Source: a virus (Duplodnaviria > Caudoviricetes). From it: 52,937 nucleotides of DNA. A model generated the notes under the pieces. The model had not been told where the DNA came from. It saw only the letters and a list, made by a program, of their open reading frames with translations, and ran no database searches. Below are positions 1 to 10,081 of the stretch, in pieces; the stretch's first letter is position 1, and each line of letters begins with the position of its first letter. The stretch is from IMG/VR virus record IMGVR_UViG_3300044611_001951, positions 1 through 52,937 of that record; one strand, given 5' to 3'. Position numbers and translations under genes: made by a program.

Positions 1-124
1 AAGGTCCATCTGGCCCTGCGCCATCTGGCCGCGCGCACCAGCGGCGAGCCCGCCAAGCTGCCCCGCGAACTGCATGTTCGCCTGCGGCGTGAAACGCCCG
101 ATGGCCGCCGCCGGGTTCACGCCG
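1..124. repeat. Terminal direct repeat, copy 1 (assembly overlap of a circular or permuted genome)
   Basis: 1-124 is identical to 52805-52928, and a reading frame continues across the join. Confidence 0.95.
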
Positions 125-444
125 AGCATGGCGAGTTGATCGCCGAGCTGCCGCTGCGAGTCGCGGAAGATCCCGCCCTGCGTGGCGAGATTCTGGCCGA
201 GCGCGCCCATCGTCGCCTCGCGGATCAGCGGGAGAGCGTCCTGCGCGTACTGCTCCACGCGCTGCGGAGCGCCCGTGGTCAGGAAGTACGGCGTCACGCC
301 CTTCACTGGAGCGCCGGGATGCCCGTAGCTCGAGTACGCGCCCGTGAACTGCCCGGAGCCCGGCGTCACAGTCGGCGCCGGCCCCTTCGGCTTGTTGACG
401 CCGTACGGGTCGAATCCTTGGGAGTAGCCGGGCTGTGCGTACAT
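1..444 (-). CDS. 5' part of a ~203-aa putative DNA-ejection/internal virion protein spanning the circular junction (continues 52804-52637)
   Basis: ATG at 444 with GGAGG upstream. MYAQPGYSQGFDPYG... is open to base 1 and joins in frame (…MDL|SAQVLNA…). Gly/Ala/Gln-rich with a C-terminal GGLLG, and first of three ejection-like genes. The 1-444 part is absent from the supplied ORF track. Confidence 0.75.
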   Translation of the reverse strand, partial: MYAQPGYSQGFDPYGVNKPKGPAPTVTPGSGQFTGAYSSYGHPGAPVKGVTPYFLTTGAPQRVEQYAQDALPLIREATMGALGQNLATQGGIFRDSQRQLGDQLAMLGVNPAAAIGRFTPQANMQFAGQLGGLAAGARGQMAQGQMDL

Positions 445-463
445 GGGAACCTCCGGGTGAATC

Positions 464-796
464 CTACACGCTCAGCGGGTACTCCAAGAGCGTCAGCGTG
501 CAGTCGATGGCCGCGGCGGCGGTTGCGATCGCCAAGATCGACGTGTCCGGCTCGAGCACCATGCGCACAGAGCCGAGGTCGTAGCCGTTCGTCGCCGTGC
601 CTACCGCGCCCAACGACTGTCCGGCGATCTGCGTGCTTCCCGCGCGCGTGCGCACGAACACCGAGCCCGTCGCGGTCGAGCCCGACTTGTTCAGCATCCG
701 CAGCGAAACGAGCACGGCCCAGCGATCCGCCGGAGCCCGGTAGAGCACCTGCTCGCCTGCGGTCAGCTCTCCGTTCAGCGTGCGCGGCGTCGGCAT
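464..796 (-). CDS. Small beta-rich virion protein (110 aa)
   Basis: ATG in a TGATG overlap with the upstream ORF. The pattern VLYRAP…SLRMLN.SG…LEPD.SILA.A…IDCTL.LLE resembles small proteins that follow podovirus tail genes. Confidence 0.7.
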   Translation of the reverse strand: MPTPRTLNGELTAGEQVLYRAPADRWAVLVSLRMLNKSGSTATGSVFVRTRAGSTQIAGQSLGAVGTATNGYDLGSVRMVLEPDTSILAIATAAAAIDCTLTLLEYPLSV

Positions 797-981
797 CAGA
801 GCACCCACGGAAGAGGATCGCTGCTCGCCATGATCGGCGCTGCGGGCGGGGCCTCCATGTTGGAGCGCTCCATCACGCGACGAATCGACGCCTCGAGCAC
901 GCGCTGCACGGCGGCGGCGTCGTACTCACGCGGCACTTGGTCGAGCTGGATGGGCTCAGGTTGGATCGGTGTCGGACACAC
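796..981 (-). CDS. Small hypothetical virion-module protein (61 aa)
   Basis: GTG start with GAGG upstream, PREYD motif, fills the gap and is coupled to the next gene. Confidence 0.55.
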   Translation of the reverse strand: MCPTPIQPEPIQLDQVPREYDAAAVQRVLEASIRRVMERSNMEAPPAAPIMASSDPLPWVL

Positions 982-3900
982 GGAACACGACCTCGATGAT
1001 CTCGAAGGGCGAATCAGACTCGAACCGGAACTTGAAATGCCGGGCGTTCAGGTGCCCGATGTCGAAGCGCGTGACGGCGCGCGCGGCGGTGTCGATCTGG
1101 CTCGCTGGCGGGTTGGATGCGTGCGGGATCAGCGAGCGCGCGGTCGCGTTGAAGTCCAGGAACGCCGACACGGTGATCGCGCCGGTCCCGAGCGTCGTCG
1201 TCACGTCCAGGTAGCGGGCGCGCTTGACGCTCTCGCTGTCCTCGAAGTCGAGCCACCGCGTCTCCCACACGCGCGGAGACACGCCCAGCTTGATCGCGTC
1301 GCCGTTGGCGGGAGGTGCGCTCGCGGGCCGATCGAGGAGGATGAGCCCTGCTTCTCCACCCAGCGCAACACCTCGCTGGTTTCCCCACGAGACAACCGCC
1401 CCGCGCGGACCCGCGAGCGCGAGATCGAGAGTACCACTCGCCACAACGATCTGCGTGGTGGTGCTGCCGACGCCGGCCACGAGCGCCGAAGCGCCGTGCG
1501 TCGCCGCGGCCCCGAGCATGAACAGCCCCGTGTCCTGGCGGTCCAGCCAGACGAAGAAGCCTTCCTCGGTTCCGCCGACGAACTCGCCGACCTCGCCCTC
1601 GTCGGTCGCGTGATCGCACAGCGCCGTGAGGTTGGGGGACTCGTACCGCGAGAAGCGCAGGCCGCCGCCGAACGGCTCCGCGCTCAGCCGGTGGCTCGTG
1701 TCCAGCGCGTCGCGCTCGCGCAGCGTCATCACGATCTGGCTGCGGCGCGGGTTCACGGCCGCCACAGCGCGCAACGCGGCGCCGGGCTCGACGCCGTTCT
1801 CGAACAACTCGCGCACGTTCGCGCCGACCCAGCGCGGGATCCCCGAGCCGTCGTAGGCGTACACGCCGCGCTTGCCCCAGAACAGCAGCACGCCCTCGTG
1901 CTCGATGAGAGCCGCTCCGCTTGACGCCCCGAACGTCTTGCTCACAACTTCGCTCTGTGCGGCCCCCTGGCGCAGCACGGCGCGGTGCATCGTGTCGCGC
2001 TTCGTGATGACCAGTCGGCCGTTGAAGTCGCGCAGGCCCGTGATGCCCTCGCGCGAAGCGTCGGGCACGGCCACGATGTTCTCGGCGGGGAACGCGAGCG
2101 GCCGGTTCGGCTTCGAGAACACGGCCACGTCCGGGAAGTCGGTCGGCTCGCCCTCGTCGCTGTTCACCCAGCGCTTCAAGTTGCCGCACACGAGCGAGCC
2201 CTGAGACACCTCGAGCACGCTGCAATCGGGCGGCGGCCAGTTGTCGAACTCCAGGGGCAACCCGCGCGCGAGCTCGTCCAGCGTCGGCGAGAACGAGGTG
2301 CTTGTCGCGCCCTTGGGAACCTCGGCGACCTTGAAGAACGAGAACGTGCCGGGCAGCGTCGCGTAGACCCACGTTTCGATCTCGCCGCGGTCGGGCGATG
2401 CGGGCAAGTCCAGGAGTTGGACTTCGATCTTGCTGCTCGTGTTGCTGGCGTCGTCGCCCGCCGGGTCGATCTCCAGTTCGGGACCGGGCGCGGACACCTG
2501 GGCCTGGGCCGGGTCGTAGAACGCGCAGCGCACGCGAAACTTCTTGCTGAGCTCGCCGCGTTCGCGCAGGAACTTCCACGTCGGCGTGGTCGCTCGCGCG
2601 CTCGAGGCCGCCGCGGTGATCGCCACCTGCATCTTCTCGTTCGGCTTGGAACTGGCCGCGTCGGCAAGTCCGTAGGGCTGCGTGTCGACCGCGGTGAAGG
2701 CGTCGGCCGCCGACTCGTTCGCGTGCAGTTCTCCGGGGCCGGCGATGCCCGCGGTGAAGATTTCCGTGTTGCCGAACAAATCGCATCCGTCGTCCGCGAG
2801 GTCGGCGTTGAGGCCGCCGCCGGTGGCGCTGTTCGACGGCTCGAAGATCGCCGGTGCCGCGCCCGCTTCCACGGTGTACGCAAACGACGCGAACTCGCCA
2901 ACGAACGGCATCACGCCGCTGGACGCATCCAGCGCAAGGTGCGAGCCGAACAGTTCGATGGGGTAGCTCGACTGGTCGACGTTCTCGCTGTCGGCGAAGC
3001 CCTCGGACTTGATGAGCTTGACGCCGGTGTAGACGCCGCCCGGATCGCTCACGAGCGTCGAAAGGTCCGGCGCCGCGCCCGTGATCGGGTCCACGACGTT
3101 CACCACCGTCGACGAAGTGAAGGCGTTGATGACGAACGACTGGCCCGCGAAGGGTCCGGTCCCTGGGCAGAACAGCATCCCCAGGAAGTCGGCGGTGAAG
3201 CACGCCGCGCTCGCCGTCACCTGGCCCGCTGCGTTGCCCGTGAAAGTGCGGTCGTTGCGCGAGACGAGGCCCGTTCCCGACGAGTCCGCGACGCTCTGCT
3301 CCAAATCGGTCGTGAACCCGACGAACTGGCGCACGCTCGAGCTCGGCTTGTAGTCCCACGTCCGGCGCAGGAAGTTCGACGCCGAGGTCTTGCGGAACCG
3401 GCGCACCAGCAGCACGTCGTTCAGCGTCGATGCCGTGAGCCCAAAGAGCGTGTCTCGCCAGCAGCCAGATCCGAGCGTCTTGCTGGGGTAGCGCTTGCGC
3501 ACATAGACGTAGTGCCAGTGGTGCGGGTCGAACACGGGCACGGAGGTTTCGATCCACACCTCGCGCTTCTGCACCGTGTCGTACCAGCCGACGCGCGCCT
3601 TGCCGTCGAGCATGTCGACGAAAATCCCGCCCGACGCTGCGCTCTCGCCCTTGCTCGAGAACAGCAGGCGTCGCCCGTTGATCGAGTGCGGCTTGACCAG
3701 GCACTTGAACGCGAACACGTCGGCGCTGCCCGGCGTGAGCGCCGTGGGCTCGAACGCCATTTCGGTATCCCACCGCTGGTAGAGGTAGGCGTTCCCGTCG
3801 GTCTGGTAGTGGAAGATCGCGCCGTCGCTCGCCGAGGACGGGCCGATGGGGTCAGCGTCGGGATTGGCGACCGATGCGTCGCGCGCGTTCGGCTTCCACA

Positions 3901-3982
3901 GCGGCGCACCGCGGCGCAGCTTGAAACGCGGCTCCGACACCGGCGGGCGCACTCCCGCGTGCTTGGCGCTAGGGACGGACAT
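956..3982 (-). CDS. Tail/nozzle-like structural protein, C-terminal unit (LamG-like N-terminus, beta-propeller-like C-terminus; P22 gp10/T7 gp12-like position)
   Basis: 1008 aa, ATG with GGGAGG 7 nt upstream. Motifs ITGLRDFNGRLVITK, GVYAYDGSG, WETRWLDF…KRARYL and ARHFKFRFES recall podovirus stabilisation/nozzle proteins. Confidence 0.75.
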   Translation of the reverse strand: MSVPSAKHAGVRPPVSEPRFKLRRGAPLWKPNARDASVANPDADPIGPSSASDGAIFHYQTDGNAYLYQRWDTEMAFEPTALTPGSADVFAFKCLVKPHSINGRRLLFSSKGESAASGGIFVDMLDGKARVGWYDTVQKREVWIETSVPVFDPHHWHYVYVRKRYPSKTLGSGCWRDTLFGLTASTLNDVLLVRRFRKTSASNFLRRTWDYKPSSSVRQFVGFTTDLEQSVADSSGTGLVSRNDRTFTGNAAGQVTASAACFTADFLGMLFCPGTGPFAGQSFVINAFTSSTVVNVVDPITGAAPDLSTLVSDPGGVYTGVKLIKSEGFADSENVDQSSYPIELFGSHLALDASSGVMPFVGEFASFAYTVEAGAAPAIFEPSNSATGGGLNADLADDGCDLFGNTEIFTAGIAGPGELHANESAADAFTAVDTQPYGLADAASSKPNEKMQVAITAAASSARATTPTWKFLRERGELSKKFRVRCAFYDPAQAQVSAPGPELEIDPAGDDASNTSSKIEVQLLDLPASPDRGEIETWVYATLPGTFSFFKVAEVPKGATSTSFSPTLDELARGLPLEFDNWPPPDCSVLEVSQGSLVCGNLKRWVNSDEGEPTDFPDVAVFSKPNRPLAFPAENIVAVPDASREGITGLRDFNGRLVITKRDTMHRAVLRQGAAQSEVVSKTFGASSGAALIEHEGVLLFWGKRGVYAYDGSGIPRWVGANVRELFENGVEPGAALRAVAAVNPRRSQIVMTLRERDALDTSHRLSAEPFGGGLRFSRYESPNLTALCDHATDEGEVGEFVGGTEEGFFVWLDRQDTGLFMLGAAATHGASALVAGVGSTTTQIVVASGTLDLALAGPRGAVVSWGNQRGVALGGEAGLILLDRPASAPPANGDAIKLGVSPRVWETRWLDFEDSESVKRARYLDVTTTLGTGAITVSAFLDFNATARSLIPHASNPPASQIDTAARAVTRFDIGHLNARHFKFRFESDSPFEIIEVVFRVSDTDPT

Positions 3983-6900
3983 ACACCGGCCTCCCGCCCG
4001 TGGTGACGAACAGAGACGCGCCGTACAGGCCCCAACTCGCCGGGTTGTCGTGCAGGCCCATTTCGTGGAAGAGGCTGATCGCCGGGTGCGATTCGATCAC
4101 TCCGTACTGCGCGCCGCCAGAGTCGAGCGTCTTGTGCCCCACGCCTTCGGGCGCCGCGAGCGCTAGGAACGTCGGGCTTGCGTCCGCGAGCGCCTCCGGC
4201 TGGAACCCCGAGGATGCGGCTCCGGCGCGAGCAGCGACGCGCGCAAGCAGCCCGCCGAGGCCATGCACGCGACCGTGCAAACGGTCAGGCCGAAGAACCT
4301 CGCCGCCGACGGCCCCGTCGGTGAATGTGCGCGCCGAGCGCGGCTCCGCGTAGGACGCCCGCGCGACGCCCAGCAGCACCGAGCAGCCCGTGATGGGCAC
4401 GACGTTCGCCAGGTCCAGCCACGATCCCGCGGCCGCGCCGTTCTCCGTCGCCAGCAGCCGCACCGACACCGGGCGCCCGTTGACGAAGCACAGCACGCCG
4501 CTCGAAATCCAGGAATTGGACTGCGCGCCGACCAGCGTGAATCGAACGTGGGTCCACTCGCCCGGCGTCAGCGCCGCAGCGCCGCGCGCGACGAACAGGC
4601 CGCCGTCGGGACGGTTCGTGCCGTCGAACGTCGCGGTCGATCCGATGGCGAGCTCCGGCGAGCCGTTCGCCAGGCGCAGCCACAGGTGAACCTTGTGCTG
4701 CCCGGCCGAGCCGCTCGCGTTGCGCATCGGGTTCGTCGACAGCGAGCCCACCCAGAGGATCGTCTGGAAGTCGGCCAGGCCGTCGAGCTTGACCCAGGCG
4801 TCGATCGAGAACTGCGTCCCCAACCGCGCCGAGGTGACCTCGAGCCCCGTCGCAGTATCGAAGCGCACGGCGTCGCCCTCGAGCGGAACGTAGGACCCCG
4901 ATTCGCGCACGCGCGTCGCGCGCATGTGCAGGCTGCGCTTGATCGTGTCGGTCGGTCCCTCGATGCGCCAGCGGTCGTCGGCGAGGTACAGAGCCCCGCG
5001 GGTCGCCGCGAACAGGTCGCCGCGGTGCGATCGCATCCCGAGCACCGGATTGCGCCGCGGAATCGAAGGAGCACGCCACCAGCGCGGCGCCGCGTCCAGC
5101 GCCACGACGGCGGGCGAATACGTGCGGATGCGCCACTCGGCGGCGCATGGCGCGATGTTGGCGAACACCTCGCGCGTGAGCGCCGCCTCGCTGGGAACCG
5201 TCACGCCGACCTCGAACGGGTCCGACATCGACGTCTGCACCGTGACGTGCGAGAGATCGTCCTCGAAGGCCGTGTAGCCGATGACTCGGAAGCTCGCCGC
5301 GGCTGCGTTCCGCATCGTCGGGCCGTCAAAGGGCCGCGAGAGCGTGATGCTCGATCCCGACGCCGAGGGCGCGTAGTAGAACTCGTCCAGCACCAGCGGG
5401 GCCGTGTCGTCTTGCCGCACTTCCAGCGTGTCGCGCGAGACGCGCAACAGCGTTTCAGCTACAGCCTCGAGCGTGTCCTCCGGCTGGCCGGCGAAGAACG
5501 CCAGGCCATCCGCCGACGTCACCGTCGCCGAGTCACGCGTCACGTTCACGCCCGGCGCCGAAGGCCCCAGCGGGCGCAGCAGGTCGGCCCGCGTGAGCTT
5601 CCCAGGAGGCAGCGCGCGGCCGCCGGTCAGCTTCCCCGTCCCGGCAGCCGTCACGCCGCCGCTCGCAGCAGGCAGCGCCCCAGGAGCCGCCACGCCGAAC
5701 ACCCGCACGTCCTCGACGATCAGGCGCGCGCTCAGCTCGTCGGCTCGCAGCGAATCCGGGCGCCACGCGCCGCCGATGGTCACGACCGAGCGCAGCAGGT
5801 CGCGCTTGGGGATCGTCAGCGTCGAGAAGTAGGCGAACTCGGCCCCAGCGGGATCACCAGCCGCCGGGCTCAGCACGCTCTTGGGCGTCGCCGCCAGATA
5901 GACGCGGTACTCGTTCGCGTTGCCCGTCGACTGCACGCCGATCTGGATGCGGATGCGCTCGCCGACCCACTCGGCCGTGGTCGAGAAGTTCGCCACCGGC
6001 CCGGTCGACCAAGGCTCGACCGCCACTGCCACCGAGCCCGTCTCGTTGTCGAGCGTGGTGTCGACCTCGAGCGTGAAGCCCTGCGGGAAGAAGAACGGAT
6101 CGGAGCCAAGCGCGAAGTCCACCACGCTCGCGTTCCACAGCCGCAACATGGGACGCGCCGCCACGTCCAGCCCCGTGTTGTCCTCGCGCAATTCCCACGA
6201 GGCCAGGACCGGCGCCCCCTGCGTTCGGCGCTGCGTCGAGCCCACAGGCACCTCGCGCCCGTAGTACGCCTGCGGGATCACGCACGAGAACTCGATGGCG
6301 AACCCCGACGAGCCGGAGCGGAACATTTCGGTCAGCTCGCGCCGGAGAACGCTGTCGTCCTCCATGTCCAGCGTCAGCGCCTCGCCCTCGCCGCTCAGGA
6401 ACAGCTTGCCCGCGCCGCGCCCGAGCGTGTACGGCGCGAGGAACGCCGTGTTCCCCAGCACGAGCTCGCGCAGCGCCGCGCCGCCCGCGTCGTCCAGCGG
6501 CCACGCGCCCACGAGGCTCGACACGTCCTGCTCGGCCAGGTCGTCCGGCAGCGAGTACGACGCCAGCGAGAAGCGCGCCCGCGCCGTCGTCAGGTCGCGC
6601 GCCGTCGTCCAGATGCGGAAGCTCGAGAGCCGCAGCGGGCGCTGATGCCAGCGGAACACGATCACAAAGAACGGCGACGACGTGAATCCCGTGACCGCCG
6701 AGAAGTTGTCGGCGCGGTTCAGCCGGAAGTTGCCCGCGACCTCGGTGTAAGTGCCGATGCGGATGCGCCCGCCGCGGACACTCGCCGGCGTCGCGCCGCT
6801 CTGGTTTCCCCACAGTGCCGCCCAGCAGTTGCGCAGCGCCTCGCTCGTGTTCGCCACAGCCTGACCCGGCACAGCGCCCGTCCCCGTGTTGAACAGGCCC

Positions 6901-8195
6901 GGCCACGGAGCGGCCGCGCTCGCCAAATCCAGCGGGTCGTAGGGGCTCGGCAGGTTCGAGGCCGTCGAGTCGTGCATCCCTCGGAGGTTCAGCCCGAGGA
7001 ACGGCGTCCCAGCCGTGTAGACGCACGTTTGCCCCGCCGGATACGCCACCGGTGGATTGATCGCCGACACGTCCACCATGCGATGTCCGGCCGAGTCCAT
7101 GTGCGCCGAGTCGAGGCCCAGCGGCGCGAACCCCTGCGTCGCCCACGGAGCGAAGCGCATCCCCAGGCCCAAGAACATCGGATCGCGCCCCGAGAACCGC
7201 ACGCCGTAGCGCGTCAGATAGTCGAAGTTGTCGGTCGGACCCTTCCACGAGAACAGGTCGGTCCCGCTCGTCGCGCAGCGCGTCACCGTGCCCGCGTCGT
7301 CGCGCAGCACGATCTCGAACGCGCCATCGCTGTTCCACGCCGCCGTGGGGTTGGAGCTCGTCGCGTCGCCCGGCGTGCCCGTGTCCAAGCGCAGCCGCAC
7401 CGCCACCTGGTACGCGCGCCCCGGCTCGATGAACGCCTTGGCGATGATCGCGCGCAGTCCCATCGTCGCTTGGCGGCCGGACGAACCGACGTTCGCGCCG
7501 CCCGCGCCCACGAGGTAGCGCATCTGGTTGCCGCCGTACGCACCCCACCCCGGAGCGTCGTACCACATGAACACCAGCGCGTAGTTACTCGGCCGGTCGA
7601 ACGCCGCGGCGCCCGTGATCGTCTCGAACTGGTCGCCCGTGTTCACCACGCCCAGCGCCCACGACATCGGCGAAAAAGCGTCCCCGCCCTTCTGCGCGAT
7701 CAGGAAGCACTCTTCGAGCGCCTCGTCGTAGGTGTTGATCTCGCTGTTCGGCGACGCCGGAGCGCCCGACCCCGCGCGCGGCGAGTAGAGCCGCTCGTCT
7801 GCCGGCAACCCGAACCCGATGGAGAACGTGAACGAGCGGCCGCGCCGCCCGTGGAACTCGTGCGTCAATGGCGACAGCGCCGTCCCCGAGAGCGCGAAGT
7901 CGCCGCCAAGATCCTGCTCGCGGCGGTACGGCACGAACACGTAGCCGCGCGACGGCACGCCGCCCAGCGCAGCCTCCGACACCGTGGTCAGCACGCCCGA
8001 GTGCGGCGCCGGCTGGTTGTTGAACTTGATCGCCCCGCCGTGCCCCGACACGCTCTCGCGGTCGAAGTCGATGTTCTCGCAAAACGGAGTCTGCCCGTCC
8101 TCGAGGAGAGCGGGGTTTAGCGCATCGTTCAGGCCGAGCGCCAGCGGCTTGATCGGATAGCGCCGGTAGTGCCGACGCCCCGGCTGGTTCGGCAT
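3969..8195 (-). CDS. Large tail/nozzle-like structural protein, N-terminal unit with LamG/concanavalin-like domains
   Basis: 1408 aa. N-terminal GLND…P..L..GQTPFCENIDF is typical of gp10-like N-termini. LVGAWPLDD, FSIDAWVK and GEWTHV are LamG-like motifs. Confidence 0.75.
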   Translation of the reverse strand: MPNQPGRRHYRRYPIKPLALGLNDALNPALLEDGQTPFCENIDFDRESVSGHGGAIKFNNQPAPHSGVLTTVSEAALGGVPSRGYVFVPYRREQDLGGDFALSGTALSPLTHEFHGRRGRSFTFSIGFGLPADERLYSPRAGSGAPASPNSEINTYDEALEECFLIAQKGGDAFSPMSWALGVVNTGDQFETITGAAAFDRPSNYALVFMWYDAPGWGAYGGNQMRYLVGAGGANVGSSGRQATMGLRAIIAKAFIEPGRAYQVAVRLRLDTGTPGDATSSNPTAAWNSDGAFEIVLRDDAGTVTRCATSGTDLFSWKGPTDNFDYLTRYGVRFSGRDPMFLGLGMRFAPWATQGFAPLGLDSAHMDSAGHRMVDVSAINPPVAYPAGQTCVYTAGTPFLGLNLRGMHDSTASNLPSPYDPLDLASAAAPWPGLFNTGTGAVPGQAVANTSEALRNCWAALWGNQSGATPASVRGGRIRIGTYTEVAGNFRLNRADNFSAVTGFTSSPFFVIVFRWHQRPLRLSSFRIWTTARDLTTARARFSLASYSLPDDLAEQDVSSLVGAWPLDDAGGAALRELVLGNTAFLAPYTLGRGAGKLFLSGEGEALTLDMEDDSVLRRELTEMFRSGSSGFAIEFSCVIPQAYYGREVPVGSTQRRTQGAPVLASWELREDNTGLDVAARPMLRLWNASVVDFALGSDPFFFPQGFTLEVDTTLDNETGSVAVAVEPWSTGPVANFSTTAEWVGERIRIQIGVQSTGNANEYRVYLAATPKSVLSPAAGDPAGAEFAYFSTLTIPKRDLLRSVVTIGGAWRPDSLRADELSARLIVEDVRVFGVAAPGALPAASGGVTAAGTGKLTGGRALPPGKLTRADLLRPLGPSAPGVNVTRDSATVTSADGLAFFAGQPEDTLEAVAETLLRVSRDTLEVRQDDTAPLVLDEFYYAPSASGSSITLSRPFDGPTMRNAAAASFRVIGYTAFEDDLSHVTVQTSMSDPFEVGVTVPSEAALTREVFANIAPCAAEWRIRTYSPAVVALDAAPRWWRAPSIPRRNPVLGMRSHRGDLFAATRGALYLADDRWRIEGPTDTIKRSLHMRATRVRESGSYVPLEGDAVRFDTATGLEVTSARLGTQFSIDAWVKLDGLADFQTILWVGSLSTNPMRNASGSAGQHKVHLWLRLANGSPELAIGSTATFDGTNRPDGGLFVARGAAALTPGEWTHVRFTLVGAQSNSWISSGVLCFVNGRPVSVRLLATENGAAAGSWLDLANVVPITGCSVLLGVARASYAEPRSARTFTDGAVGGEVLRPDRLHGRVHGLGGLLARVAARAGAASSGFQPEALADASPTFLALAAPEGVGHKTLDSGGAQYGVIESHPAISLFHEMGLHDNPASWGLYGASLFVTTGGRPVYVRP

Positions 8196-8202
8196 GGCGG
8201 CC

Positions 8203-8808
8203 TCAGTTCAGCGTGAACGTAACGGTGCAGTCGAAGTTCGCAATCGTGTCCGTGATGAGCCCGAACGGGCCGCCGAGCTGGATGTCGAGGTCGACCGACC
8301 CAAACTGGCCGACGACGCTCGCCCACGGCAGAACCGGCGTCGCCGTCGCCATGCGGTAGTCGAGGATGTGCGACGCCGCAACGCCCGTGACGGCCTTGGT
8401 GACGATCATGCGCAGCAGGCGCACCTTGGTCGAGCCCGCCAAGCAGGAGCCCGCCGGGAAGAACCGGATCGTCTCGGTCGCAGCGGGGCCACGCCCGGCG
8501 CCGCCGGAGTCGTCTTGCCGAGCGTTGCGCCACTTGTCGACCGTGATGACGCCCGTACCCGCGTTCACGTTGGTCACGGTCCCGAAGAACCCGCCCGACG
8601 TGATGGCGAGCTGGCCGTTGGCGACCGACGTGGTGGCCGTCAAGCGAGCCTGCGTTCGCAGATTCGTCACGTCCGCGTTCGGAGCGACGACCGTGGTGTT
8701 CACGACTTCATTGAGGCGCGAGCCTGCGCCGTCGCCAGGGATGCAGCGAGTGTTGTTGGTCGCGCCCGTGAGATGCACCCACTTCGCGCCGCGTTCGTAG
8801 ATCGACAT
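8203..8808 (-). CDS. Hypothetical virion protein (201 aa)
   Basis: ATG at 8808 after GGAGGT. Thr/Val/Gly-rich beta-type sequence in the structural operon. Confidence 0.7.
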   Translation of the reverse strand: MSIYERGAKWVHLTGATNNTRCIPGDGAGSRLNEVVNTTVVAPNADVTNLRTQARLTATTSVANGQLAITSGGFFGTVTNVNAGTGVITVDKWRNARQDDSGGAGRGPAATETIRFFPAGSCLAGSTKVRLLRMIVTKAVTGVAASHILDYRMATATPVLPWASVVGQFGSVDLDIQLGGPFGLITDTIANFDCTVTFTLN

Positions 8809-8812
8809 GGGC

Positions 8813-9778
8813 TCACCTCCAAAGAGGGTACTGAGTGTCCTCGGTGCGCAGAATACCCTGCGCTCCCGCCGGAAGGATCGTGTGTCGCATGTAGTACGGC
8901 TGCGCGACCTGCCGCGGCGTGATGTGCCGCTGGAAGGACGAGTATTCGTCCGCGAGCACCGCCGCAAACGCCTTCTGCTGCTCGTACTGCCCGCGCGTGC
9001 CCCACAGCGAATTCGCCGCCATGTAGAGCACGAGCTGCATGTGCTGCTCGGGGATCTCGAAGTGCAGCTCGTAGGTGTCGCCAGCCTGCGGCGCGACCGT
9101 CCACGCGCTTTCCATCTGGAGCACCGTGTAGAGCGTGCCCGCCTCGTTCTGGAAGTGCGTCGAGCCAACCACAGCGAGCATCTGGCCCGACCGCGCCGAG
9201 TTGCCCGTGATCTCGACCACCGCGTTCGTGTAGGAGCCCGCCAGCGTCTCGTGCGGGAACACCTGGGCGTCTGTGCTCGTGTCCGCGTCAAGGCGCAGGA
9301 ACGCGCCCGTCGGCGTCGCCGGGAGGTTCGCCTGCGTCGGCAGCGTGCCCTTCGTCACCGCGGCCGGGCGCTTCGCCACGGCGAGCTCGAGGTCCAGCGC
9401 GCCGCGCGTCGTCACGAGGCGCAGCCCGTTCAGTTGGGGCAGCCAGCCGCCGGTCCCGTACTTCGTCGCCAACGGCACAACCGTCGTGCGGCCGATGCCG
9501 GTCGGGTCCGTCGTGCTCGCGTTCTCGCGCACTTCCACGATGCGCTCGGTCCACGACGGCAGCGTGTAGTCGAACACGTCAGCCTTGGCCTGGCGCGCGG
9601 CCGTCTTGGCGAGCCGCACCGTCGCGTTGAAGTAGCCCTCGTCCACCTCGGCCATGCGCCGCGACAGCGACAGCGCGTGGCGGTTCAGGTGCAGGCCGAT
9701 TTGGTTGTCGCTCCAGTGCGTCGCGTCCGGCGCCTGGAGCAACTCCCGTACGGCCTCGATGGCTTTCGAGAGGCGCAT
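8813..9778 (-). CDS. Head-tail adaptor-like protein (P22 gp4/tail tubular A-like)
   Basis: N-terminal VRELL…WSDNQI…LN, central DYTLP, C-terminal EIPEQHMQLVLYMAA, and position between capsid and nozzle genes. Confidence 0.7.
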   Translation of the reverse strand: MRLSKAIEAVRELLQAPDATHWSDNQIGLHLNRHALSLSRRMAEVDEGYFNATVRLAKTAARQAKADVFDYTLPSWTERIVEVRENASTTDPTGIGRTTVVPLATKYGTGGWLPQLNGLRLVTTRGALDLELAVAKRPAAVTKGTLPTQANLPATPTGAFLRLDADTSTDAQVFPHETLAGSYTNAVVEITGNSARSGQMLAVVGSTHFQNEAGTLYTVLQMESAWTVAPQAGDTYELHFEIPEQHMQLVLYMAANSLWGTRGQYEQQKAFAAVLADEYSSFQRHITPRQVAQPYYMRHTILPAGAQGILRTEDTQYPLWR

Positions 9779-9781
9779 GGT

Positions 9782-10078
9782 TCAGGCCCCGCGGCGAGCC
9801 GTTCCGTTCGTGCGCGGGACCCCCATCGAGTCGATCTTGTCGGCCAGGCGATCCATCGCCGCCACGAACAGCTTGTCACGCTCAAGCTGCTCGGTCTGCA
9901 TCAACTGGAGCTGCTTCTGGAACTCGTCCTGCGATTCCTTTTGGCGGCGCAGAAACAGCACCACCACGGCAATCACGGCAGCAACGGACACGCCCTCGGG
10001 GATCATCTTGCCCAGAAGGCTCCAGGCTTCTGCATCTCCGGGGGTTTGCATCACGGCGAGGGAGAAAAGTTGCAACAT
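9782..10078 (-). CDS. Small membrane protein (one TM helix plus coiled coil), possible holin-like
   Basis: GVSVAAVIAVVVLFLRR hydrophobic segment followed by a Gln/Glu-rich helix. Confidence 0.55.
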   Translation of the reverse strand: MLQLFSLAVMQTPGDAEAWSLLGKMIPEGVSVAAVIAVVVLFLRRQKESQDEFQKQLQLMQTEQLERDKLFVAAMDRLADKIDSMGVPRTNGTARRGA

Positions 10079-10081
10079 TCT

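Noticed and set aside
1-124. 124-bp terminal repeat as a biological direct terminal repeat
   Set aside because: It falls mid-gene and has the size of an assembler overlap. It indicates circularity, not the packaged end.
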